From an uncultured Planctomycetaceae bacterium (GTDB taxonomy: Bacteria; Planctomycetota; Planctomycetia; Planctomycetales; Planctomycetaceae): a stretch of DNA of 64,000 nucleotides. The stretch spans positions 32,001 to 96,000 of the forward strand of contig CAWFGE010000017.1 of the NCBI GenBank assembly GCA_963815195.1, in the 5' to 3' direction. The position numbers were made by a program, and so were the translations under genes. Under the pieces are notes generated by a model, which was not told the DNA's origin, did not search any database, and saw only the letters and a program-made list of their open reading frames with translations. Position 1 is the first letter of the stretch. Each line of letters starts with the position of its first letter. Positions 33,587-42,143 of the stretch are shown here, piece by piece.

Positions 33587-34782
33587 TTCGTTTCTCGCCC
33601 TTCCGCCAAAGCCCCCAAGACCAGGGAACGATCTCCCGCAAATTCGTAGTAATGCTGCTCCATGCCCGCCCGGCCGCCCAGGATGTCCCAGGCCGGCACA
33701 CCCAGCTCTGCGAGCGTCTTGTCCAAAAGGGCCGAGCCGGGGCCCAACGTATGATACAGATTCGGCGTCCGCAGATTTTCGCATTTCGGACATTTTGCCG
33801 CCGACTCGGTGACTTTTCCCAAGGACGCCAGCATCGGCGTGGTTTCCTTGCACGCGGGGCAGGTCAAGGATTCCAGAAGTTCCTGATTGAACTCGATCAC
33901 CGCGCTGGGCCCCAAATCGCTTTCTATCCGCTTGAGGAAGTCGCCCGCCGTCGTGTTTCCGATTTGATTCGGCAATTCGGTGATGGGTTCGTAGGCATCG
34001 TGGGCCGGGCAGTCTTCCAGCTTCGTGTAGTTGACGAGATAGCTTTGATGCCAATTGCCGTCGAACACAAACCCTTGCCCGGAAAGCGTGTCCAGCCCGT
34101 GCAGCATCTTGACGGCTTCGTGGGCCTGGATGCCGGCGATGATCGAGGAAGTCGTCGGCGTGGTGGGGACTTTGCCCTGCTCCATTTCCTCGCGGGACAA
34201 GAGGCGCAGCTCCGGCGGGCTTCGAGCATTTTCCAATCGACTTCGCTCATCGTGCATTCGTAGCAGGGCCCGACCGCGGGATCGAACACGCGGGCCACGC
34301 CGTCGAGCCGTTCGATCGCCCCGTCGATCCAGGGCTTGCCCACGCGGGCCGCGGCCTGATTGATCGCCACGCGGGCTTCGCGGTTGTCGAGTCCGCCGAG
34401 AATAACATCCGCCCAGCGGTACACGCCCAGGCCCAGATCGAACACGATATTCCCGTGAAACGCCTGCGTGCGGATGTCGGGGTAGATGTCCTTCGCCCGC
34501 TCGGCGGCGACCTCGGCTTTCGGGCGGCCGCAATCGGCGGCCCGGTACAACACCGACCGCGACAGGTTCGAGTTCTCGATGAGATCGAGGTCGGCCACAA
34601 ACAGATTCCCGACCCCCAACAGCGCCAGGTTTTTGATCAGCTGCGTTTCCGAGCGCACCCGCCCCGATCACCAGCGCGTTCGCCGCCGCCAATCGCTCCT
34701 GGTCCCACCAGCTGATGAGTTCAAACCGTGCAAACCGCCCTTCCTGGGGTTTTAAATCGGTCAACCGCAATACGTCATTCAA
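33583..34782 (-). CDS. ThiF/E1 ubiquitin-activating-like enzyme; two compensating apparent frameshifts (~34644, ~34204)
   Basis: RFARF, VIGAGALGN, DLDLIENSNLSRS, KAE, GLDNREAR, PCYEC, candidate catalytic RRSC, PTTPTTSSIIAGIQ..EAVK, C-terminal CPAC/CPKC; ggagga RBS + TTG start. Confidence 0.85.
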   Translation of the reverse strand: MNDVLRLTDLKPQEGRFARFELISWWDQERLAAANALVIGAGALGNAADQKPGAVGGRESVCGRPRSHRELEPVAVGVVPGRRLRPPESRGRRRAGEGHLPRHPHAGVSREYRVRSGPGRVPLGGCYSRRTRQPRSPRGDQSGRGPRGQALDRRGDRTARRRGPRVRSRGRALLRMHDERSRLENARSPPELRLLSREEMEQGKVPTTPTTSSIIAGIQAHEAVKMLHGLDTLSGQGFVFDGNWHQSYLVNYTKLEDCPAHDAYEPITELPNQIGNTTAGDFLKRIESDLGPSAVIEFNQELLESLTCPACKETTPMLASLGKVTESAAKCPKCENLRTPNLYHTLGPGSALLDKTLAELGVPAWDILGGRAGMEQHYYEFAGDRSLVLGALAEGRETK

Positions 34783-34846
34783 GAATCTGACTCCTCCGGC
34801 ATTGGGGGGGGAATTGTTCCTCCGCAGCATCGCTTTCGGGGAAGCG

Positions 34847-35116
34847 CTACCCGGCTGTGATTTCCGGTTGGAGCCGCAGAACGTCGCCGTCCCGAACATC
34901 CGCCGATGCCAGCGTTTCCGAGTCCAAGAGCTGCCGACCCGAGCCTTTGTGATGGAATTTGTAACTCATGGCCTGCCCGTCCGGGCTGTGGCGGGGCAGG
35001 TTCATGCGTTCGATCAACACGGCAATCAGGCGGTTGACCTCGGCGTCGGCCGGGACTTCGACCATTTGGCGCTTGTTGCCGGTGGCGTCCCAGACTTCGA
35101 TTTTCAGCTCGCTCAT
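34847..35116 (-). CDS. Ubiquitin-like beta-grasp protein (EsaB/YukD-like), 89 aa, ending in -TAG (Thr-Ala-Gly)
   Basis: Alternating strand pattern KIEVWD/QMVEV, helix, LLDSETLASADVRDGDVLRL (compare ubiquitin LEDGRTLSDYNI...LHL), C-terminal Gly; first gene of the E1/JAB/E2 cluster. Confidence 0.85.
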   Translation of the reverse strand: MSELKIEVWDATGNKRQMVEVPADAEVNRLIAVLIERMNLPRHSPDGQAMSYKFHHKGSGRQLLDSETLASADVRDGDVLRLQPEITAG

Positions 35117-35565
35117 AAGATGGATTCGCTCAAACAGGTTTTCGTCGCAGTATGATCTTGGGATTGGAGTGTTTTTGAGGATTGGCTGAACGTTCGGAAA
35201 CACCGATTCTTTGATTGAAAGAATCCCCGCTTTCCGGCAGGAAAAGGGAACCAAAGTGTGCTTCAAATTACCAAATCATACGATACCCCCACCGTGCAAG
35301 GTTGTCTAGGATGTATCTTCACGAAATTCAAGCCGGCAAGCGTCGGAACGCCCGTGGTCTCTCAAATCACGAGGCGGACGGTTGGCCCGCTTGCCGGGGC
35401 ACCGGGTCAAGGGATAGAATCACGTGAACCTTCTGGGGCAAACCTTGTCGTGATGTTGGTCGAACCATAACCCGCGATCATCCTGCGCCCTTATTCCGAG
35501 AACCGACTTCCTTCCTCCACGGCAGTTTTCCTTCCTCGAACCCGTCGAAAGCCGACATAGACCAC

Positions 35566-36987
35566 ATGACCGACAAACAGAATCTTTTCAACAAAGTCTG
35601 GGATTTGCATGCCGTGCGCCAACTGCCTTCCGGGCAGACGCAGCTTTTCATCGGCCGGCATCTGATTCACGAAGTCACCAGCCCGCAAGCCTTCGAGATG
35701 CTCCGCGACCGGGGCCTCAAGGTGATGTATCCCGAGCGGACCCTGGCCACGGTCGATCATATCATTCCCACCGACAACCAGGCCCGGCCGTTTGCCGACA
35801 CGCTCGCCGAGGAAATGATGTCGGCCGTCGAAAAGAACTGCCGGGAATTCGGGATCGAACTTCTCAATCTGAACGACAACCGCCAGGGCATCGTGCACGT
35901 GGTCGGGCCGGAGTTGGGATTGACGCAGCCCGGCATCACGCTGGTCTGCGGCGACAGCCACACCAGCACGCACGGGGCCTTCGGCAACATCTCCCTGGGC
36001 ATCGGCACCAGCCAGGTCGCGTATGTGCTCGCCACGCAAACCTTGGCGTTGGAACGGCCCCGCGTCCGGCGGATTGAAGTCAATGGCGAACTCTCGCCCG
36101 GCGTGTATGCCAAGGATGTGACCTTGCACATCATTCGCATCCTGGGCGTCAAAGGCGGCATCGGTTATGCCTACGAATACGCGGGCGACGTGTTCGACCG
36201 GATGACGATGGAAGAACGCATGACCGTGTGCAACATGAGCATCGAAGGCGGGGCCCGCTGCGGCTACGTCAATCCCGACCAGACGACCGTGGATTATCTC
36301 CGCGGCCGGCCCCTGGTTCCTCAGGGCGAGGAATTTGAACGAGCGGCCGCGTGGTGGCTGAGCCTGGCTTCGGGGCCCGCTGCCGAGTTTGACGATGTGG
36401 TCACCATCGACGCGGCCGACATCGAGCCGACGGTCACCTGGGGCATCAATCCCGGCCAGTCGGTGGGCGTGCGCGAATCGATTCCCTCGCCGGGCAGTTT
36501 TCCGGCCGAGGAACAAGCCGGGGCGGCGGAGGCCTTGGAGTTTATGGATCTCCAGCCCAACCAGCCGGTCCAGGGCATCAAAATCGACGTGGCGTTTATT
36601 GGTTCGTGCACGAACTCGCGATTGTCGGATCTTCGCGAGGCGGCGGAAGTCGTCAAAGGCCGGCACGTGGCCGAGGGTGTCAGGACTCTCGTCGTGCCCG
36701 GTTCGCAGGACGTTCGCCGGCAAGCCGAGGCCGAGGGCTTGGATCAAATTTTCGAAGACGCGGGCTTCGATTGGCGCGGGGCGGGCTGTTCGATGTGTCT
36801 GGCGATGAATCCCGACAAACTCCAGGGCCGGGAAATCTGTGCCTCCTCGAGCAACCGCAACTTCAAAGGCCGCCAGGGCAGCCCCACCGGTCGGACGCTG
36901 TTGATGAGTCCCGCGATGGTCGCCGCCGCCGCCGTCACCGGCCATGTGACCGACGTCAGAGAACTCCTCCAACCCGCCGGCGTCTAG
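35566..36987 (+). CDS. leuC: 3-isopropylmalate dehydratase large subunit
   Basis: [49 protein letters not shown]. Confidence 0.97.
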   Translation: MTDKQNLFNKVWDLHAVRQLPSGQTQLFIGRHLIHEVTSPQAFEMLRDRGLKVMYPERTLATVDHIIPTDNQARPFADTLAEEMMSAVEKNCREFGIELLNLNDNRQGIVHVVGPELGLTQPGITLVCGDSHTSTHGAFGNISLGIGTSQVAYVLATQTLALERPRVRRIEVNGELSPGVYAKDVTLHIIRILGVKGGIGYAYEYAGDVFDRMTMEERMTVCNMSIEGGARCGYVNPDQTTVDYLRGRPLVPQGEEFERAAAWWLSLASGPAAEFDDVVTIDAADIEPTVTWGINPGQSVGVRESIPSPGSFPAEEQAGAAEALEFMDLQPNQPVQGIKIDVAFIGSCTNSRLSDLREAAEVVKGRHVAEGVRTLVVPGSQDVRRQAEAEGLDQIFEDAGFDWRGAGCSMCLAMNPDKLQGREICASSSNRNFKGRQGSPTGRTLLMSPAMVAAAAVTGHVTDVRELLQPAGV

Positions 36988-37098
36988 GCGAGCGGGGGGC
37001 GTGAGCCCCCTGGTTTTGTTCGAGTCGATCCGTTCGGCTCGCGATTCAATCCTTCAATCATTCGACGTGACCAGGGGGCTCACGCCCCCCGCTCGCCT
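36986..37098. repeat. REP doublet between leuC and leuD
   Basis: aggcgagcggggggcgtgagccccctggt / accagggggctcacgccccccgctcgcct inverted pair; a related half copy lies at ~42068. Confidence 0.8.
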
Positions 37099-37128
37099 TG
37101 AGACAAACTTCAACGGACAATTCTCCAC

Positions 37129-37722
37129 ATGGCAAAAATCGATCAAATCACCGGCACCGGCCTTCCTTTGTTGCTCGACGACATCGACACCGACCGCATC
37201 ATCCCGGCGAGGTACTTGCGCTGCGTGACTTTTGAAGGCATCGGCGAACACGCCTTCGAGGATGACCGCCAGCAAAATCCCAAGCATGCCTTTAACGATC
37301 CCAGGTTCGCGAACGCGTCGGTTCTGGTCGCGGGGCGGAATTTTGGGTGCGGCTCTTCGCGGGAACATGCTCCGCAAGCCCTCATGCGGTGGGGCATCCA
37401 GGCGGTTGTTGCGGAATCGTTTGCCGAGATCTTCTTCGGCAACTGCACCGCGCTGGGCATTCCCGCGGTGACCGCGAAGCGCGCGGATTTGGAAAAAATC
37501 GCCGCCGCCATCGGGGCCGACCCGTCGTTGACCTTGATGGTTGATCTTTTGGAAATGCAACTCCACGCGGGGGAAGAGCAATATCCCATCCAAATGCCCG
37601 AAAGCGCCAAGAAAGCCCTCACCACGGGGCAGTACGATTTCCTCGCGCAACTCTTGGAGGGTGAACCGCAAATCCGCGAGACCGCGAAGACGCTGCCTTA
37701 TCTCAATCATTTCCAAACATAA
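37129..37722 (+). CDS. leuD: 3-isopropylmalate dehydratase small subunit
   Basis: [38 protein letters not shown]. Confidence 0.97.
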   Translation: MAKIDQITGTGLPLLLDDIDTDRIIPARYLRCVTFEGIGEHAFEDDRQQNPKHAFNDPRFANASVLVAGRNFGCGSSREHAPQALMRWGIQAVVAESFAEIFFGNCTALGIPAVTAKRADLEKIAAAIGADPSLTLMVDLLEMQLHAGEEQYPIQMPESAKKALTTGQYDFLAQLLEGEPQIRETAKTLPYLNHFQT

Positions 37723-37743
37723 TTGGCCGCCTTTCGCCACAAC

Positions 37744-37845
37744 GTGTGCCACTGGCTTTGCCAGTGTTTTTTGCGATGGGCATCAGGACATCGATCAGAC
37801 TTCGGAGCCAACCGGTGAATCGCACTGGCGGAGCCAGTGGCACAC
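37744..37845. repeat. REP doublet (gtgtgccactgg family)
   Basis: gtgtgccactggctttgccagtg ... cactggcggagccagtggcacac. Confidence 0.75.
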
Positions 37846-38006
37846 CCGCGGTTCGCGGTTTCGCAAAGGATGTCGGACAAACAAAAGGTCTGGACTTTTC
37901 GAACGAGGGACTTTTATACTGGATTGAGTTCGGGACGGTTGCTTTTCTGAGCCATCGCCTGTGCGCTCGGGAGTCATTCAATCATTCGATGAGTCGGACG
38001 GTTGCC

Positions 38007-39152
38007 ATGTTCCTGCATGACACGCATCTTCCGCAGATTCTTCCGCCCTCCGCCTACACCAGCCAGGACCAATTCGATCGCGAGATCGAAACGCTCTTCA
38101 AGCCGGCCTGGCATCTGGTGGGGTCGTTCTCCGAGCTGCCCCGCGACGGGGATTACCTCACCACGACCGTTCTCGATCACCCGTTGCTCGTGTGGCGGCG
38201 GGATGGGAAATTCCAGACCTTCTTGAACGTCTGCCCGCACCGGTTTTCGCAACTCTCCTGCAAACCGCAGGGGCATTGCCAGCCGCATTTGAAATGCCAA
38301 TACCACGGCTGGGAATTTGATTCCGAAGGCCACACCCGGCTGATTCCCGACGCGCGGAGCTTCAAGCCGATGACCAAGGGGGCCCTCGGTCTCACGAAGA
38401 TCCGCACCGACACCCTCGGGCAGTTGATTTTCGCGAATCTCGACGACGAGGCGCCGCCGCTCCGGGATTGGCTCGGCGAGAAGCCGGCTTTGCTGTTGGA
38501 GGAACTCTTTCCGCCCAACTTCCGATTGATCGCTGCGCTGGATTTCGAGGTAAAGGCCAATTGGAAGTGCCGGATGGAGAACTCGGTCGAAAGCTATCAC
38601 TTGGACATGGTCCATCAAGGCACGTTTGGCAAAACGCCGCCCGTGGAGAACGTGGTCCACGAACTGGAGCCGGGGTGGAGCGTGTATTCTGTGACGGAAA
38701 CGCAGGCGCGCTCGAAAATGGAAGAGCGGTTGGACCGCTGGATGCACCGCCTGGCGGGACGGCCGCAAGACCGGGTGTTTCGCAATTATCTCCGCTACCC
38801 GCATGTGATGTTTTCCAAAGTCCGGCTGTTTCGGTCGATGGAATGGGTGCTGCCGCTTTCGCCCACGCGGAGCCGGCTGGTCTACAAGTTCTTCTGCTAC
38901 GAGAACCCTGCATCCCTGCGGTCGCGGTTGGCTTGCCGGCTGCTGTCTTTCTGGGGCAAGCGGTTTTTCCCGCACGTTGTCTTAGAGGACGCCGCCGCGG
39001 TGGAATGGATGCAGAAAGGCCTGAGCTCGCCCCGGCACGCCTCGGGCGGGGTGATCTCCGCCCGCGAAGAGCGCTGCCATCACTTCCAAGAATACATCAA
39101 AGACGCGACCGCCCCGAAGATGCCCGAACCCAAGCGAGGCCGCTCGATGTAA
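38007..39152 (+). CDS. Rieske aromatic-ring-hydroxylating oxygenase alpha subunit
   Basis: Rieske motifs CPHR...CQYHGW; NWK...EN..ESYH...VH; ED..AVE..QKG. Confidence 0.9.
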   Translation: MFLHDTHLPQILPPSAYTSQDQFDREIETLFKPAWHLVGSFSELPRDGDYLTTTVLDHPLLVWRRDGKFQTFLNVCPHRFSQLSCKPQGHCQPHLKCQYHGWEFDSEGHTRLIPDARSFKPMTKGALGLTKIRTDTLGQLIFANLDDEAPPLRDWLGEKPALLLEELFPPNFRLIAALDFEVKANWKCRMENSVESYHLDMVHQGTFGKTPPVENVVHELEPGWSVYSVTETQARSKMEERLDRWMHRLAGRPQDRVFRNYLRYPHVMFSKVRLFRSMEWVLPLSPTRSRLVYKFFCYENPASLRSRLACRLLSFWGKRFFPHVVLEDAAAVEWMQKGLSSPRHASGGVISAREERCHHFQEYIKDATAPKMPEPKRGRSM

Positions 39153-39263
39153 GGGGCATTTCAGCGGCGAAGCGAGTGGGAACGCGGGGAAACAGTGTCG
39201 CCAGTGGAGCGCAAACCAGCGTCGTCAGTTCGCCTGTTTCAGCAAAAAAGTCGGAGCCGAGTT

Positions 39264-40727
39264 TCAGGGGCAATTGACGTTGCAGCTGTAGTTTCGGTCT
39301 TCGAGATGATACAGCCGGGGCCTTTTGGTCGGGCAATCGTAAAGGGCGTCGGCTTTGGCGGTGACGTAAAACGGCCCCACGGGCAGCCCGAACAAGTTGC
39401 AGCAAATGCTGGGGACGGGGTAGCTTGCCTCGGCCCGGACGGCGAACGGCCGCCCCGTGCCTCCTCCGGTACAACTTCCCGCCGAGACGCTGCCCAATGC
39501 CTGGCCGTTGTTGTTGGCCGAGGAACCGGGAGGACACGGAATGTCGGGAATCCCGGTGGGGTGGATAATCAGACCGCGATTCGTGGCCGAGTGGGGCGGC
39601 GGCTGGACGCTGATTCCCCAGGGCGAGGCCACATTGGCGCATTGCAAGCATTGGTTCGAGGTGTCGGTCGTGTCGACAAAATGCCCCGTGCACGTGGTTC
39701 CGTTGCTGAAGCAGACCGTGATTTCCGTCATGCATCCGCCGACGGCGTCGGCGTCGAGTTGGCCGTTGCTGATCGTGTCCGCGACTTCCGCCCCAAACCG
39801 GATGCGGTCGAGAATGTTAAACCGCGCCTGGTCGTTGTTGTCATCGTTGGGAAACACGACCGCCAGCGACCGCGACACGGGATCGCCAACGGCAATCGGA
39901 TCCCCGGTCGAACAGGGGTTGCCGGGATCGACGTTCCGCAAAAAGGTGACCAGCGTCCGGTCGATTCCATACACGTCGGATTGGGCGGACGGGCCGCCTT
40001 TCGGACCGGGGCAATTGTCTTGAAGCATGACATTGGTGTCGTCATCGGTGATGAAGGTGGACACCGTGGGGACGGAGTTGTCGAAATTGAAGCGGGGCAT
40101 GACGGTTTGGAAGTTCATCCCCGCCCCCACGCGGGCTTCGCATTGATCGGGCAGCCGGTAAATCACCCGCAGAATCCGCAAATCGGGAATCGGAAAGATC
40201 GTGGGCTGGAACGAGATGCCCCAGTCGTTGGCGTGCGAGAACGAGCCTTGGGCCGTGGCATCAAACTGGACGTTGCCCACGCCGCAGCCCGGCGTCGCGC
40301 AGCAGTCGAACACGAACTCCGGGTTGTCGGCGATGATCGCTCCGAAGACCAGAACCCCGTTGCTGCAGGCGTTCTGGTTGCAGGGTTCGTTCGCGTCGTA
40401 ATTCAAGGCGGGATCGATGGTTGCCAGGTTCACCTGCACGCCGTTGATCGTGTTCGCCATCGCATAGTTGTTGCCCACGAGGCGCGCGTGCATTGTGTCG
40501 CCGCCTCCGTGATCGCCCCAGTCTTTGACCGCGGCCTGGGCCGCGGCTTCGAGGGCGTCGTGGAGTTCCGTGCGGGCGAGGTACAGGTTGCCGACTTCCA
40601 GGATCACGCACAACAGCGTCAAGATCACCGGAAGCCCCACGATAAACCAGACCATCACCGCCCCCCGCCGGGGGTGCCGAAGAGGACGGGTCTGACTTCG
40701 CCGAGCGGAAACGCGACTGCGCATCAT
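39264..40727 (-). CDS. TadG-like pilus-assembly protein, Cys-rich
   Basis: RRGAVMVWFIV..P..L....EVG......ELHDALEAAAQAA Tad N-terminal domain. Confidence 0.7.
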   Translation of the reverse strand: MMRSRVSARRSQTRPLRHPRRGAVMVWFIVGLPVILTLLCVILEVGNLYLARTELHDALEAAAQAAVKDWGDHGGGDTMHARLVGNNYAMANTINGVQVNLATIDPALNYDANEPCNQNACSNGVLVFGAIIADNPEFVFDCCATPGCGVGNVQFDATAQGSFSHANDWGISFQPTIFPIPDLRILRVIYRLPDQCEARVGAGMNFQTVMPRFNFDNSVPTVSTFITDDDTNVMLQDNCPGPKGGPSAQSDVYGIDRTLVTFLRNVDPGNPCSTGDPIAVGDPVSRSLAVVFPNDDNNDQARFNILDRIRFGAEVADTISNGQLDADAVGGCMTEITVCFSNGTTCTGHFVDTTDTSNQCLQCANVASPWGISVQPPPHSATNRGLIIHPTGIPDIPCPPGSSANNNGQALGSVSAGSCTGGGTGRPFAVRAEASYPVPSICCNLFGLPVGPFYVTAKADALYDCPTKRPRLYHLEDRNYSCNVNCP

Positions 40728-40745
40728 AGGCCTTGGAGCGAGGTT

Positions 40746-41285
40746 CTAGGGTAAGGGTTGTTGTTCGTAAATCCAGACGGCGGATTGCCGAATGGAACAG
40801 GTGGAAACATCGTATCCGAACGTGCTTAAGCAGTTGGGAATGTTCCCCGACATCGGCAGACACACGGTCACTCGGACCGCCTGCATCGGCAGCGAACCGA
40901 TCGGACCATACACGGGAACGCAGGGGCAATTGGCGACCGTGGGGTTTGGCTGAATTGGGTTGGCGATCCCCATCACATTGTGTTCCAGGATCACCTGGCA
41001 GGAATTGGTGTAACCGGCGGTGATCAAATACTGATCCACCTGGTTTTTCAGATTGTTGGGCGTCGCCGGCTGGTTGAACGTATCCAGGTTTCCGGTTTCC
41101 GCCGCGAGCTTGGCCCCCAGCCGGCTGGCGAATTCCACATGCTTCGCCGCCGCTAGAATCAATCCAAACTCGACAACCGCGATGAGCAGAATCACCAGAA
41201 TGGGAAACAGCAGCAGGAATTCGAGCGCAACGACTCCCCGTTTCTTGGAGCAGGCTTTTGGGAGGGTTCTGCTTTTCGTTCGCAT
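40746..41285 (-). CDS. TadE-like pseudopilin
   Basis: KRGVVALEFLLLFPILVILLIAVVEFG...ASRLGAK. Confidence 0.85.
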   Translation of the reverse strand: MRTKSRTLPKACSKKRGVVALEFLLLFPILVILLIAVVEFGLILAAAKHVEFASRLGAKLAAETGNLDTFNQPATPNNLKNQVDQYLITAGYTNSCQVILEHNVMGIANPIQPNPTVANCPCVPVYGPIGSLPMQAVRVTVCLPMSGNIPNCLSTFGYDVSTCSIRQSAVWIYEQQPLP

Positions 41286-41441
41286 GGTGCCCAGGCGGTG
41301 AGAGATTCAAAGGGAGGAAACTTCCCCGACCAAATGCAAAGCTCATACCGCTCGCGGAAAATTCGCCGGTCCGCAGCGGCACGGTGATTGCAGAGGCAGT
41401 CGGGTCCAACGTGGAATTCCTTGTCATCTTATGTTCTTTTT

Positions 41442-42041
41442 ATGCGATCTTCCGTGCGGAAACTCAATCCCCCACAAAAAAGCGGACGAAAACGCGCCGG
41501 CGTGGTGACGTTGGAATTTATCATCGTCGCCCCCGTCGTGTTTATTTCCGTCATCGCGATCTTCGAGTTCGGCTTCCTCGCGCTCACCTTGCAAGTGGGG
41601 CACACGGCGCTCATTGAAGGCACCCGCCGCGGGGCGGAACTTTATCCCAGCATGTACCCGCTCGATATGGCCGGCCCCGACAACGACATCGCCGACCAGA
41701 TCGTGGAAATCATGAACGCCCATCTCAACGTGCAGTGTTTGGAGATCACACAGGGATTCGCGGACAACCCCGACCGCGCAAACGCCCAAATCATTATCGA
41801 GCGCGCGGGCATGAGCCCGATCATGCGGGGCGATGCCGTGAATTTCCCGCCGGGGTTCGTCTGCACGCCGATGGGCCCGGCCCCCGATGTGAATGAAATT
41901 CGCGTGACGTTGTGCTTTCCAATCGTCGATGCAACCGACCCCACCGGTTGCGGCAATCCCGTTCCCGATTGGCTGAGCCGCTACGGCTTCTCGCTCGACG
42001 GCTGCGTATTTGAAGTCAGCTCGCGAATGACGCTCGAGTAA
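41442..42041 (+). CDS. TadE-like pseudopilin (divergently oriented)
   Basis: RAGVVTLEFIIVAPV....AIFEFG...EGTRRGA; C-terminus resembles the neighbouring TadE (VTLCFP / PDWLS.YGFSL..C). Confidence 0.8.
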   Translation: MRSSVRKLNPPQKSGRKRAGVVTLEFIIVAPVVFISVIAIFEFGFLALTLQVGHTALIEGTRRGAELYPSMYPLDMAGPDNDIADQIVEIMNAHLNVQCLEITQGFADNPDRANAQIIIERAGMSPIMRGDAVNFPPGFVCTPMGPAPDVNEIRVTLCFPIVDATDPTGCGNPVPDWLSRYGFSLDGCVFEVSSRMTLE

Positions 42042-42143
42042 CCGCGCTTCTTCCCCACAGCGAAGCCAGGCGAGCGGCCGGCGTCAGCCGGCTAGTAGTT
42101 CACAATGGCCCCGCGATTCCGAGCCATCGCAACCGTAACTTCG

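Noticed and set aside
33583..35116. ThiF + small Gly-terminated protein read as a ThiS/MoaD sulfur-carrier pathway
   Set aside because: No thiamine, Moco or cysteine-synthase genes and no rhodanese on the E1; linkage to E2 and RING genes favours protein conjugation, though this is unproven
34847..35116. EsaB/YukD as evidence of type VII secretion
   Set aside because: No FtsK/EssC ATPase or WXG100 genes in the window
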